Assembly: GCA_963786105.1 (NCBI GenBank)
Contig: CAWAXX010000024.1
Span: 94,725-158,724 of the forward strand
Direction of reading: 5' to 3'
DNA: 64,000 nt
DNA from: Vulcanimicrobiota bacterium
GTDB lineage: Bacteria > Vulcanimicrobiota > Vulcanimicrobiia > Vulcanimicrobiales > Vulcanimicrobiaceae
Position numbers and translations under genes: made by a program. A model generated the notes under the pieces. The model had not been told where the DNA came from. It saw only the letters and a list, made by a program, of their open reading frames with translations, and did no database searches. Positions 49,622 through 60,133 of this stretch are shown one piece after another. Position 1 is the stretch's first letter, and each line of letters begins with the position of its first letter.

Positions 49622-50534
49622 ATGTCCCGAGCGTTCGCCGCCGCTACCTTCTCCCTGCTGTGCGTTTTTGGCGCGCAGCCGGCGCTTGCCGGCGGTGGCG
49701 CTGCCGCAGTTCCCTCTCAAACGCGTCATCCATCCGGGCGATCAGCTCGGCGTCCTCGTTTTCGGGGATCAATCCCTTACGCAGAACGTCATGGTGCTTT
49801 CCGACGGAACGATCGAGTTTCCACTGGTGGGACGCGTCGCCGTCGCCGGAAAAACGCCGACCGCGGCGTCGACCGTGCTCGCCGAGCGTCTCAGCCGCTA
49901 CGTTCGTCATCCCGTCATTACCATTTCGATCGCCCAACTCGGCCAGCCAAACGTGCTCGTGCTCGGCGAAGTGAAATTGCCGGGCAAGTATCAGCTTCGC
50001 TCGGAAGCAAAGCTGACCGATGCCATTGCGGCAGCCGGCGGTATCACCGATAGCAACGGTGCCTTTCCCGATGCGCGCGTTGCCGACTCGGCCGGCAAAG
50101 TAACGGTTGTTTCACTTGCGAATCTGCTGCAGCGTGGAGATACGTCGCTCGACATGCCGCTCGCAGAGGGCTCCGTCGTCTACGTGCCCGGTCCGATACG
50201 CTTTACGGTCAGCGTTGCCGGCGCCGTCGATCATCCCGGCGACGTTCAAGTGAACGAAGGCGATCGTCTTTCGATGGTGATCGCCAAAGCCGGAAACAGC
50301 CAAAACGCCCAGGCCGACCTCAACCACATCCACTTGATTCGCATGGGTGCCGACGGCAAACAGACGACCACCGAGGTCAACCTCTACCTCGTCCTCAAGG
50401 GCGGCGATCCAAGCGCGGACGTCGCGCTGGAGAAGGGTGACGTCGTCTACGTTCCGCAGGGCGTTCGACACTCCGACATATTCTCAGGGATCGGCAGCGG
50501 CTTACTCTACGTGCTCACGCACTTCATCCCGTAG
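49622..50534 (+). CDS. wza: polysaccharide export protein (Wza/Poly_export + SLBB), frameshifted near 49722
   Basis: Signal MSRAFAAATFSLLCVFGAQPALA in one frame; IHPGDQL.V.VFG, DGTIEFPLVG, VLGEVKLPG, GDVVYVP in another. Confidence 0.85.
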
Positions 50535-51228
50535 CGCCGGCGAGAACGGCTCGCGCGCGCGAAAAGATCGCATCGAACATCGCCCGGGTCAGCACCCCAG
50601 TGTTCGTGTTCTGCCTGCTTGGGTGATACGAAGCGATCGCGACGATTTGCCGCCCGTCTAACGTCGCAACGACTTCGCCTGCGTGTTTGAAAATCGGCCT
50701 TGGCGGATCGAGCGACCAGCCACGCTCGCGCAAGGTCTTCAGGATGGCGGAAAATCCAATCGATCCAAGTCCGATGACGACGCGCAAGCCCGCGAGCGCG
50801 TCGAATTCTTCGAGTAAATAGGGAAAACAGTTGCGCAGTTCTTGCGGCGTCGGTTTGTTCTGCGGCGGCGCGCAGCGCAGCGCTGCCGTGATGAGGCAAT
50901 CGACGAGTTGCAATCCGTCGCCGAGGTCGACGGCGCGCGGCTGCGTTGCAAACCCGGCGCGAAACAGCGCGGGATAGAGAAAGTCGCCGGACGCGTCGCC
51001 GGTAAATGGACGTCCGGTTCGATTGCTGCCGTGCGCGCCGGGGGCAAGGCCGACCACCATGACGCGCGCACTGGCATTGCCGAACGCGGGAACCGGCTTT
51101 CCCCAATACGAGCTGCCGGCGTGCGCGCGCTTTTTCTCACGCGCGATCCGTGCCGTGTACGCGCGCAATTCCGGACAACGCGTGCATTTTACGACGGCGC
51201 GTTCGATCGACCCGAGCGACCTTTTCAT
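50524..51228 (-). CDS. uracil-DNA glycosylase family 5 (UdgB-like)
   Basis: CTRC, GLAPGAHGSNRTGRPFTGD, RCAPPQNKP, SYHPSRQNT. Confidence 0.9.
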   Translation of the reverse strand: MKRSLGSIERAVVKCTRCPELRAYTARIAREKKRAHAGSSYWGKPVPAFGNASARVMVVGLAPGAHGSNRTGRPFTGDASGDFLYPALFRAGFATQPRAVDLGDGLQLVDCLITAALRCAPPQNKPTPQELRNCFPYLLEEFDALAGLRVVIGLGSIGFSAILKTLRERGWSLDPPRPIFKHAGEVVATLDGRQIVAIASYHPSRQNTNTGVLTRAMFDAIFSRARAVLAGATG

Positions 51229-51265
51229 GAAGGCGAGACTTCGCCGTATGTCATGATAGACTTTC

Positions 51266-52474
51266 ATGGGCGACACTCTCGTTGCCGAACGCGTCGCACC
51301 GGTGCCGCTCGATCGCCCGGGCATCGCGCTCCTTTCGCTGGCGCACGTTGCGAACGACGCCAATCAAAGCGTCTTACCGGCGATCATCCCATGGCTGATC
51401 GTGCATCGCGGGCTCTCGCTGACGGCCGCGGCAACGCTGGTGCTCGCGATGAACCTCTCCTCGTCGGTCGTCCAGCCGCTTTTCGGTCACATCTCGGATC
51501 GCAAATCGCTGGTGTGGGTTATTCCGATATCGCTCTTGCTGGCGACGTTCGGCACGGCCGCCATCGGCTTTGCACCGTCGCTGCCGTTCATGTTTTTGGG
51601 GGCGCTGATCTCGGGGATCGGCGTCGCAGCATTTCACCCCGAAGGCTCGCGGTACGCGAACTACTTCGGCGGGTCGCAGCGCGCGACCGCGATGAGCTGG
51701 TTCACGACCGGCGGATACCTGGGCTTCGCCATCGGCCCGATCATCGTGACGCCGCTCCTTCTGGTATTCGGCTTGCACGGGACGGCGTTTCTCATGATTC
51801 TCGGGGTGATTCTGACCGGATTGCTCGCGCACGATATGCCGCGCTTCGAGCGCGCGCGTTTGCAGGCACATCAGACGCGGCGCCACCGTCGCGGCGTCAA
51901 CGACTGGCGCGCCTTCTCGATCATGACCGCGCTCGTCGCGCTGCGGTCGACCGTGTTTTTTTCCGTCGTGACGTTCATGCCGGTCTTTGCCATCGCCGTC
52001 ACCCACGTGGACAAAGCCTTCGGCTCGGTCGCGCTGGCGGCGATGCTGCTCGGCGGTGCGGCCGGCACGTTGTGGGGCGGCCGTCTCGCCGACCGGCTCG
52101 ACCGTCGCCGCGTCATTTCGATCTCGCTGCTCTTCACCACGGTCTTCGGCGCAGCCATCGTCCTCGCCGGAACGTACGTGCCCCAGTTTGCGGTGCTGGT
52201 TCCGCTTGCCGTAGCTTTCGGCGTTTCCATCGGGTTATCGGCCGGCGTCATCGTGGTGGTAGGCCAAGAGTATCTGCCGCAACGTATCGGAATGGCCGCC
52301 GGCGTGACGCTCGGCTTATCGGTAACGATCGGCGGATTTGCGGCGCCGCTGTTCGGTGCGATCGGCGACCGCCACGGTTTGATTCCCGTGTTTGCGACGG
52401 CGACGGTCTTCGCGGTGCTGGCGCTCGCGGTGTCGCTGGTCATGCCGAAACCCGCGCAACTCGCGCGTGCATGA
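51266..52474 (+). CDS. MFS transporter (Fsr-like)
   Basis: AHVANDA, QPLFGHISDR, AAFHPEG; about 12 TMs. Confidence 0.88.
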   Translation: MGDTLVAERVAPVPLDRPGIALLSLAHVANDANQSVLPAIIPWLIVHRGLSLTAAATLVLAMNLSSSVVQPLFGHISDRKSLVWVIPISLLLATFGTAAIGFAPSLPFMFLGALISGIGVAAFHPEGSRYANYFGGSQRATAMSWFTTGGYLGFAIGPIIVTPLLLVFGLHGTAFLMILGVILTGLLAHDMPRFERARLQAHQTRRHRRGVNDWRAFSIMTALVALRSTVFFSVVTFMPVFAIAVTHVDKAFGSVALAAMLLGGAAGTLWGGRLADRLDRRRVISISLLFTTVFGAAIVLAGTYVPQFAVLVPLAVAFGVSIGLSAGVIVVVGQEYLPQRIGMAAGVTLGLSVTIGGFAAPLFGAIGDRHGLIPVFATATVFAVLALAVSLVMPKPAQLARA

Positions 52475-52486
52475 CGTTTGGGGTGT

Positions 52487-52996
52487 TTAATCGAGACCCG
52501 GAAAGCTCAACTTTTCCAGCGCCGCGTAGGTTGCGATCCCGACGGCCGTCGAGAGGTTGATACTCCGCACGCTGTCCTCGCGCATCGGAATGCGCAAGGT
52601 GCTATCCGGATAGCGTCGGAGCAAGTCGCCCGGCAAACCCTTCGTTTCCTTACCGAATACTAGAACGTCGCCGGCGGCGAACGGCGCCCGAGAATAAACG
52701 CGGAGCCCGCGCGTAGAAAAGAACCAGCGCCGGAGCGATTCCGTTGCTTCCAAAAAAGCGCTCAGCGACGGATGCACCACCAGCTTGACGTGATGCCAGT
52801 AATCGAGTCCGGCCCGTTTCAATTCACGATCGTCGATACCAAAACCGAGCGGCGCCACTAAATGCAGCGCGCAGCCGGTAGCGGCGCACAGGCGCGCGAC
52901 GTTGCCGGTGTTCGGGGGAATTTCCGGCTCGACCAGCGCGACGTGCAGCGGCACGTCGCCCAACGACTCGAACGGCCGAACGTTAGGGTGAGGCAA
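52487..52996 (-). CDS. trmL: tRNA (cytidine(34)-2'-O)-methyltransferase
   Basis: PEIPPNTGNVARLCA, KRAGLDYW, FGKETKGLP, RSINLS. Confidence 0.93.
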   Translation of the reverse strand: MPHPNVRPFESLGDVPLHVALVEPEIPPNTGNVARLCAATGCALHLVAPLGFGIDDRELKRAGLDYWHHVKLVVHPSLSAFLEATESLRRWFFSTRGLRVYSRAPFAAGDVLVFGKETKGLPGDLLRRYPDSTLRIPMREDSVRSINLSTAVGIATYAALEKLSFPGLD

Positions 52997-53891
52997 TGAT
53001 GCTCGCGTAGTCGATGCCGCCGGGCGCTATCACGTAGGCAACGCCGTCGTTGCGCTGCCAAATGCGTTCGATCGCGTCGCGCGGATAGACGACGCGGACG
53101 TTGGGTGCCGCCGGATCGTTCATCGCACAATCGCCGCCGGACGTAAAGCCGCACAGTACCGCAAGGTGCCCGTCGGAATGCTCGAGCGGGGCACCGGGCA
53201 ACTCGCCGTCGCGCCACGAATACGAAATGGCAACCGGAAGATTTCGCTCGATCAACCGCTGCGCGTGATCGAGGTTCTGCAAGTGAGCGACCACGCCGCG
53301 CAGACCCAGGCTGCCGCTATAGGCTACGTTGAACGTCCAGTTCCCGGTGCCGTTATACGACCGGTCGAAAACGGCGCGTGCCGTTTCGTCGACCGGAACG
53401 TCGAAGCCGTGATAGGCGTTGATCATCGACAGGCTGGCTGGACTGCACCACCCGCGCTCTCCGGCATGCACGTATTGCGAACGCGCCGGTACGTCGAGGA
53501 TCAGAGCAGCGCGCCCGTACGGAAGCGATGGACGGGCTCGCGCCGGCGAGGAAAACGCGATCAAATTAAAATCCACGTTCCAAGCGCGCACGTCGATTCC
53601 GTCGAACGGCTGCTCGGCGCGAATCACGTCGACGTCGACGCGCACGCCTTCGTGCTCCGGGCTGAACGACGTCGAGCCGTTCGGGTGCCAGAGCGCGTAG
53701 TCGATCCAGGACGTGGCCGGCAGGTGTGCACGCAGCAGGCGAAACGCGATGGTACCGCTCGCTGCATACGTGTTCCAACTGAGGACGCCTCCACGCGCCG
53801 GTTCGAAGAGGAGCCGCGCCGACTCGCGCACGTTCGACGCCTGCGCGAAACCGGCGAGGGGTTCTAAATGCTCCACTGCCACGAATTCCAC
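52983..53891 (-). CDS. C39-like cysteine peptidase family protein
   Basis: SQY..WCSPASLSM, TGNWTFNVAY, GHLAVLCGF, NDPAA (Cys-His-Asp triad). Confidence 0.8.
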   Translation of the reverse strand: MEFVAVEHLEPLAGFAQASNVRESARLLFEPARGGVLSWNTYAASGTIAFRLLRAHLPATSWIDYALWHPNGSTSFSPEHEGVRVDVDVIRAEQPFDGIDVRAWNVDFNLIAFSSPARARPSLPYGRAALILDVPARSQYVHAGERGWCSPASLSMINAYHGFDVPVDETARAVFDRSYNGTGNWTFNVAYSGSLGLRGVVAHLQNLDHAQRLIERNLPVAISYSWRDGELPGAPLEHSDGHLAVLCGFTSGGDCAMNDPAAPNVRVVYPRDAIERIWQRNDGVAYVIAPGGIDYASIIASP

Positions 53892-55498
53892 GTGTCGCCG
53901 ATGAAGGCGGCCGGTACGAAGTTCTTTACGTCGCTATTCATGGCCGTATGGCCGGTTTCCCAAGTGAATACCACCGCGGGGACGAGCTCGCGCAGGCGTT
54001 CTTCTTCCCGCTGGTACAGCGCTTTGCGCCGAGTTTGATCGAACGTGCGCTCGGCCGCCGAACTGGTGGCGTTCACGATCGGATCGTCGAGCCACGACGT
54101 GTTGGCACCCTTGGGCGGAATGAACGCGCCGTTCCAGCTGCCGGCGTTGTCGGGATCGGGTCCGTTGGTTTCGATCGACCACTCCAAATCGTACTTGCCG
54201 GTATAGAGTGGCCCGTTTTGCGCGAACATCAGGTTGGCCGGATAGTTGCGTATTAGCACGTCGATCCCGAACGGCTTGAGCATCGATTGCATCAGCACTT
54301 CGGACTGCTCGTTTTCTTGATGTCCGACGGTTGCAGAGATGGTCACGCGCATGGCCGCGTCTCCCTTATGCAGGACGCCGTCGCGCTGCAGCTGCCAGCC
54401 GGCATCGGCGAGCAGGCGGCGAGCGTCGCCAGGGTCGTAACGGTACGGCGGCAATACCGGCGCCGCCCACGACTCCGGAAAGATGTCGGACACGGCCAAT
54501 CGGTTGATCCCGTGATAGACCGTATCGTCGATACGCTTCCAATCGATGGCTTCGGCGATCGCGCGGCGCACGCGGACGTCGTGCAGCAGCGGCCGGCTCG
54601 TGTTGATGCCGAGGTGCCGCCAGTTGGCCAGGAGCTGCTTCTTGACGACGATGCCGGTCACGCTACCGAGCTGAGGCACGGCGTTGGCGTTGACGCCGGG
54701 ATACACGTCGATCTCGTGCGTGCGGAGCTGATTGAAAAGGGTATTGACGTCCGGAACGATCTTCCAGTCGATTTCTTTGAGTTTCGGCGGGCCGCGAAAG
54801 TACCGGGGATTCGGCACGAAGACGAGGGACGTCCCGCGATTCCAGGCTTGCAGCAGATACGGGCCGCTCGAGAGCGGCTTGCCGTTGAATTCCGCGGAGT
54901 TGAGGTCCGGAAGCTTTGCGAGCAGGTGCGCCGGCAGTGGCGGATAGCCGGCGCCACCCATCGCGAGTATTCCGAACGCCGTAACGTCGGCACGCTTGAG
55001 ATGAATGACGATCGTGTATGGGTCGCGCGCGTCGGCCGAAGCGATCGCATCCCAGCCGTAGCGCGTTTTGACGTTGTTGCGCGGATTGGTCGCCGCGCGA
55101 TAGGTAAAAAGCCAATCGGCTGCGGTCAGCGGCGCGCCGTCGGCCCAAACGACGCCTTTACGCAAGTGCACGACGATGGTCTTTCCGTCGCGGCTGATCC
55201 CGCCGTTGCGAAGCGATGGAACGACGGTGGCGAGATCCGGCACGTAGTTGCCATTCCGGTCGTAGCGAAGCAAGAACGAAAACAGCAAGCCGGAGATCTC
55301 GTCGGATGCCGCGCTGTGCGCGTACATGAGGTTTAGGCCGTCCGGTTCTTCGTCGGCGCCGACGCGCAGCACCCCGGGAACCGTCCACGAATTGCGTTCG
55401 CCGTTGCGGCCGGAGGAAGCGCCCCGCTGCGCGCAGGCGCTCACCGTTACGGCAGCGAGCAAAACGGCGGCGATGAAACGAATCGGCGTCGGGCTCAC
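53864..55498 (-). CDS. peptide ABC transporter substrate-binding lipoprotein (family 5)
   Basis: Lipobox VSAC; VPDLA..VP, LRKGVVWADGAPLTAAD, SSGPY, DVRVRRAI. Confidence 0.9.
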   Translation of the reverse strand: MSPTPIRFIAAVLLAAVTVSACAQRGASSGRNGERNSWTVPGVLRVGADEEPDGLNLMYAHSAASDEISGLLFSFLLRYDRNGNYVPDLATVVPSLRNGGISRDGKTIVVHLRKGVVWADGAPLTAADWLFTYRAATNPRNNVKTRYGWDAIASADARDPYTIVIHLKRADVTAFGILAMGGAGYPPLPAHLLAKLPDLNSAEFNGKPLSSGPYLLQAWNRGTSLVFVPNPRYFRGPPKLKEIDWKIVPDVNTLFNQLRTHEIDVYPGVNANAVPQLGSVTGIVVKKQLLANWRHLGINTSRPLLHDVRVRRAIAEAIDWKRIDDTVYHGINRLAVSDIFPESWAAPVLPPYRYDPGDARRLLADAGWQLQRDGVLHKGDAAMRVTISATVGHQENEQSEVLMQSMLKPFGIDVLIRNYPANLMFAQNGPLYTGKYDLEWSIETNGPDPDNAGSWNGAFIPPKGANTSWLDDPIVNATSSAAERTFDQTRRKALYQREEERLRELVPAVVFTWETGHTAMNSDVKNFVPAAFIGDTWNSWQWSI

Positions 55499-56566
55499 CT
55501 ACGCGCGGCTGCCGAGCGGCGCTCGCTTGACGATGCGTGGAGCGATTTCGCCGTAGAAGCGGTCCGCGCCAAAACGCACGACGTCGTCGGCGGGCAGTCC
55601 CGTTTCCGCGCGCGCCCGCGCGATCTCGTCGCGCGCCTGGTTTTCGGACAGCTCGCGCGTATTGAGAGCGACGCCGACGATGCCGGCTGGTTTGACCGTC
55701 GCGAGCAGCGCCTCGTGAAGGTCGATGAGTGCCCGGTAGCCGAGCGTCGGGGTCGAGTACTCTTCGATCTGCCGGCGACGCGGGTCGCACACCAACACCA
55801 GCGCGTCCGCAGCGCTGCCGAACATGAGCGCGAGGGTCACCGGCGCGTACGCCGGATGATTGATGGCCCCTTGTCCCTCAACGACGATCAAATCGGACCC
55901 TTCGTGAGCGGCGTACAGTACTAGCTGCTCGGCGGCACCTGGCGCAAAGTCGGCAACCACGCGATCGACCGAAATGCCCCAACCCGCAATCATGATACCG
56001 GTTTGTCCGGTCGGCACGAAGCGAGGGTTAGCTTTTCCGGCTTCGCGAGCTGCGCGCACGAGCTCCAGGGCGACGCTCATCTTACCGACCGCGCAATCGT
56101 TGCCGACGGTCAACACGATCGGCGCTTTAACGCCGTAGACGTCGCCGCTGAATAAAGGGACGTCGGGTGGTTTGCGCACGTCCCAAATCGTCGCGCCGGA
56201 CCGCATCGCGGCCGCGTGAAACTCGAGATCGTCGTCGAGCATGTCGTGCAAACCGCTCACGATTTCGAGCCGCGCCGCAATGGCGGCGAGAATGTCCTGC
56301 CGCCAAGACGCCGGTAAGGCGCCGCCGCGCGGAGCGGTTCCGATTAACAACGCGGTTGGTTCCAACGGCAAGGCTTCGGCGACGCTCGCGACGATCGGCG
56401 CGTCGCTGCGGAGATGCGGAAGCACGTCGCGCACGCGACGGCCGGCGCACGACGGGTCAACGACGGCAACGACGTCGTCGGCACCGTAGCGAATCACGCC
56501 GTGTGCGGTCTTCGCGTCGATGGCAAACCGCTCGGGCGCGAGGATGAGATACCGCCGGCGGGTCAC
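55499..56566 (-). CDS. DUF1611 family protein (DgcN-like)
   Basis: KTAHG, SGLH, VGNDCAVGKM, TGQTGIMI, DFAPGAAE, VEGQG..HPAY. Confidence 0.88.
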   Translation of the reverse strand: MTRRRYLILAPERFAIDAKTAHGVIRYGADDVVAVVDPSCAGRRVRDVLPHLRSDAPIVASVAEALPLEPTALLIGTAPRGGALPASWRQDILAAIAARLEIVSGLHDMLDDDLEFHAAAMRSGATIWDVRKPPDVPLFSGDVYGVKAPIVLTVGNDCAVGKMSVALELVRAAREAGKANPRFVPTGQTGIMIAGWGISVDRVVADFAPGAAEQLVLYAAHEGSDLIVVEGQGAINHPAYAPVTLALMFGSAADALVLVCDPRRRQIEEYSTPTLGYRALIDLHEALLATVKPAGIVGVALNTRELSENQARDEIARARAETGLPADDVVRFGADRFYGEIAPRIVKRAPLGSRA

Positions 56567-57582
56567 GCCGGAACGACTTCGTGGACTCCCAGCCCGGGAG
56601 CGTCGGGCAGGATCAGCTTCCCGCGATCGTAGGTTACGCCGGCGAAGGGATCGCGGGCCGTGAGGAACGGTCCGTCGATGTCGGCCCAGTCGACTAACGG
56701 CGAGATGTGGGCTGCCGCGGTGGCGCAAACCGCGCTTTCGACCATGCAGCCGAGCATGATCTTCAGGTTCATCGCGCGCGCGGCGTGAATCATCGCGAGC
56801 GCGCCGCGCAAGCCGCCCGTCTTGGCAAGCTTGACGTTGACGCCGTCGACGCAGCCGTACAGCGCCGGCAGATCGCCGGCTACCAGCGAATCCTCGTCGG
56901 TCACGATCGGGATCGAAACCCGCTCGCGAATCGCCCGAAGCTGTTCGGGATGACCGGCCGGCACCGGCTGCTCGCAAAACTCGATCTCGAAGCGTTCGAG
57001 TTCTTTGAGAATTCGGACGGCGATTTCCACGTCCCAACCCTCGTTTGCGTCGATTCGAATTATTCCGCGATACCGTTGCCGAATAAGGGCAATCGTTTCG
57101 ATTTGTTCGTTAGCGGTGCCGCTGCCGAGTTTGACTTTGAGGATCGGATGATCGCCCACTTCGGCCACTTTGCGCAGAGTCGTCTCGGGATCGGCGATGC
57201 CGATGGTAAACGAGGTCACCGGCGTCAGTTCCGGATCTAAGCCGAACAGCTCGTATAGCGGTTTGCCCAAGTCTTTGCCGATGAGGTCGTGCAGCGCGAG
57301 GTCGAGGCCCGCTCGCGCGGCCGGCGGAATTCCGGAATGCAGTAGGTCCTCGAGGCGATAGGGATTGCCGGTTGCGAGGGCGTGCGTCGCAAAGTAGTCG
57401 ATCACGCTTTCGACGGATTCGCCGTAGCGATCGGTGGGCGCGGCTTCGCCGAGGCCTTCAAGATCGCCGGCGCGCACGCGGACGAGTGCGGTTCTTGCGA
57501 CCGTTTCTTCACCCCGTGCGATTTTGAAAGGATGGACGAGCGGCAGCTCGAGCGGCGCCACCGTCACCGTCAGATCGGACAT
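56563..57582 (-). CDS. dipeptide epimerase (L-Ala-D/L-Glu epimerase / DgcA-like, enolase superfamily)
   Basis: PFKIARG, LKVKLG, RIDANEGW, EQP, DEDS, NVKLAKTGG, GCMVE, DIDG. Confidence 0.92.
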   Translation of the reverse strand: MSDLTVTVAPLELPLVHPFKIARGEETVARTALVRVRAGDLEGLGEAAPTDRYGESVESVIDYFATHALATGNPYRLEDLLHSGIPPAARAGLDLALHDLIGKDLGKPLYELFGLDPELTPVTSFTIGIADPETTLRKVAEVGDHPILKVKLGSGTANEQIETIALIRQRYRGIIRIDANEGWDVEIAVRILKELERFEIEFCEQPVPAGHPEQLRAIRERVSIPIVTDEDSLVAGDLPALYGCVDGVNVKLAKTGGLRGALAMIHAARAMNLKIMLGCMVESAVCATAAAHISPLVDWADIDGPFLTARDPFAGVTYDRGKLILPDAPGLGVHEVVPA

Positions 57583-57800
57583 GCTAGGCGCTTTCCACCC
57601 GCCGTTCGCCGTTCCTCGCCGTTAGGGAGCTCTAAAGAATTGCATGCGAATGGGTGAAGCGACGTGATAACAGCGCGCTTGCGAGTATGCTGGATCGCTG
57701 CCGTCGCGGCTCGATGCGCTCACCCGCGAATACCAAGGCTGGCAGAAGGCCAACGGCCTCATCCTGGGCTCGGCCGACGAGCATTTATACGACAGCAGCC

Positions 57801-58271
57801 TTACTCCAGCACAACGGCAATGGCTGCACGATTTCTCTTGGCGCTGGGAAGAGGCCAGCAAGGAGTAACCAAAAGGGCAGCAAATTCTTCAAGGGCATCA
57901 TTCTTGCGGTTGCCGACCATCTCCGCAACAGTGGGCGGCGCGCCCAGCTCTTTGATGAGACGCTTAAACCTACCCACGTCCCTGGCGGTGGTCAAAACAC
58001 CGGCAACGCGGTCCTTCACGTCCGAAGGCGCGTTGTCGATCAAATCCCGCTTCACATGCGGAGGCAAATCGGCAAGGTACGGCTTCACTTTTTGGGCATC
58101 CTGCCTACCCGCCATATAGCCGACCGCAACACTAAGTCCGGCCTTGGCGGCGAAGTACGCAACGATCCCAAGCGCGATTGCGGTATAGGCCTGAATACCG
58201 AAGCCGTTGATTAGGGCGGATATCAGGGCAATCGCGATGCTTATTGCGGCGAGGTTGACTAACAGCACCAT
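57801..58271 (-). CDS. hypothetical membrane protein (possibly partial)
   Basis: Two hydrophobic segments; no recognisable motif; atypical composition. Confidence 0.35.
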   Translation of the reverse strand: MVLLVNLAAISIAIALISALINGFGIQAYTAIALGIVAYFAAKAGLSVAVGYMAGRQDAQKVKPYLADLPPHVKRDLIDNAPSDVKDRVAGVLTTARDVGRFKRLIKELGAPPTVAEMVGNRKNDALEEFAALLVTPCWPLPSAKRNRAAIAVVLE

Positions 58272-58414
58272 AACAATCTGTCCGAATATAGCATCAAGTT
58301 AGCATAGACAGGCCATCGGCTCACATAGACGTGGCGGTCTTCCGAGGTATTTTCGGCAACAAAGCCCTGAATGCGGTATCCGGTTTTAGGGCAGCGGTAC
58401 ATAAACGGCGGCAT
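58259..58414 (-). pseudogene. degraded small Cys-containing (Zn-ribbon-like) protein of a type common in Bradyrhizobium relatives
   Basis: MPPFMYRCPKTGYRIQGFVAE...VY, then shifted frame EPMACLC*. Confidence 0.45.
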
Positions 58415-58550
58415 GCGGAAAAGCCTCAGACGAGGGGCGGGCAGTCGAGACCTTAACCGCGTTGTGAGGCTCGGCCAGGACCGCCTGCCCCGATGCGCGC
58501 GCGTGTGCCACCGATAATCGCCAGCCGTCTTTCGGCATTGATCTCGATCA

Positions 58551-58628
58551 AAGCTCCTCACCCGCGACGAGGCCCGGCGCATCGCCGCCAACATCGCCAA
58601 GCTGCCGGAGCTGGTGCGTCGGTCCTAA
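58551..58628 (+). pseudogene. C-terminal remnant KLLTRDEARRIAANIAKLPEL of a small Bradyrhizobium-type protein family
   Basis: Motif recognised from memory of Hyphomicrobiales small proteins; no start or N-terminus present. Confidence 0.5.
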
Positions 58629-59372
58629 GCATCGGGCCACCACTCGACATTCTGTGATTTCGATCACGTTGACCGCTGCGAGGCGATGGCAACCTACCCA
58701 ACGGCGGGCTGAAGGCTTGCTCCATTGCTATCTCAGTCCTCCACGGCCCCGGCCACGCGCATGTCGGAGTGCTCCCGTGGTCGGGGCTACCCCGGCGCAA
58801 CGTCTGCTTTTTTATGTCCGCAGACGCGGGGTTTGTCGGTGGTTAGGATTTTGTTAACCGAAACAGGCTTTCAATAAACCTTCCGGAAAGGCTTCCGGTC
58901 CCTAAGGGAGGCTCCGATTTCGCCACGCGTCGGGGCCTCCCTTTTTCTCTGCGTCGCACCGAGAACCGCAGCCGCCTGCGCCTCAGCGAGTGCGGCTCTC
59001 CACAAGCAGCGCGCCTTGATCGGCTGTCTTGCCGTCGAAAGGTTCTGTTAACCGCGCCGGGCTTCAATGAGCCGCCGGAGAACTGGACCACTCTGGCCAC
59101 ACGCGGGAGGCCCCGGCAATGCACCCCCGCACCGCCGGGGTCTCTTCTCTCATCTCAGGTCTAGAACACGGCCGCTTGCGCCTGTGCGGCTTGCCAGAGC
59201 GGCGCGGCCGATTTGGCCTTGCGCGGCTTGCAATCGCGGGTCAGCGATAGTGCGATGATCGACAAGCCCGAGCCGCCGCTTCCCGCCGCCCTGGTCCGTC
59301 GAGGTCCCGAGGTAGACCCCGGCGACTAGAGCGTGCCAACCCCGATGCTACCCTCTTGCGCGGCATCGTTAG

Positions 59373-59816
59373 TCATCGTTCTCCGGCGGTACGATTTATC
59401 GCATCGCGCAGCGCCTGCGGCAATGGCACCGGCTCGCGCGTTTCGAGCGACATCATGGCGGTGACCATGCGGGCACGCAGGCGTTCGAGCCCAGCATGGT
59501 GGCCAACAATGGCGATACCCAGGGAGGAGCGGCCGATGCGCTCAACGAGCAACGTCAGTTCAATGACGTCGCCGATCCGGCTCGGGATCTTGAAATCACA
59601 TTCGATGTGAACGAAGGGAAATCCGTACCGACTGCCCACAATAAGCGTGGCATAATTGTACGCAAGCTCTTGCGTGTACCAGTCTTCGATTAGCCCGTTG
59701 AACATGTCGAAGTAGTGCGGGAAGTAAACAATGCCGGCTGGATCGCAATGCGAAAAGCGGACCGGAACGCTGCGGGTGAAGGCACCGTTGGGCGGTAGGA
59801 ATTGATCGTGGTCCAT
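59373..59816 (-). CDS. acyl-CoA thioesterase (4-HBT / hotdog family)
   Basis: [23 protein letters not shown]. Confidence 0.88.
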   Translation of the reverse strand: MDHDQFLPPNGAFTRSVPVRFSHCDPAGIVYFPHYFDMFNGLIEDWYTQELAYNYATLIVGSRYGFPFVHIECDFKIPSRIGDVIELTLLVERIGRSSLGIAIVGHHAGLERLRARMVTAMMSLETREPVPLPQALRDAINRTAGER

Positions 59817-59948
59817 ATCATGATTTCCTGATGCGCGCTTTCGGCGCGGTCCGACCAACGGCGCGTAGCTTTCTGGCCATCAGGTCGACTTCGCTCATTC
59901 GGACATCGCATTCGGTCAAACTCGGAAGTCGTCGATCATTCCATTGCC

Positions 59949-60032
59949 TCACGGCGCTCGGCGCGACAGCTCCTCCTGCAATATGTCGGCCAGCCGCTCC
60001 GGCATATCGAGCATCACGTCGTGACCGCAGCC
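59949..60032 (-). pseudogene. C-terminal remnant of an alpha/beta hydrolase
   Basis: [18 protein letters not shown], typical catalytic-His segment, with no upstream gene body. Confidence 0.5.
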
Positions 60033-60133
60033 CACCTTCTTATACTTCTTTCGTCGCTATCGCGCTCACGACGACAACTCATCAAGCAAGGCTTTTGCTT
60101 CTTTTAGATAAAATTGTCGAAGCCCTCGGTAAG

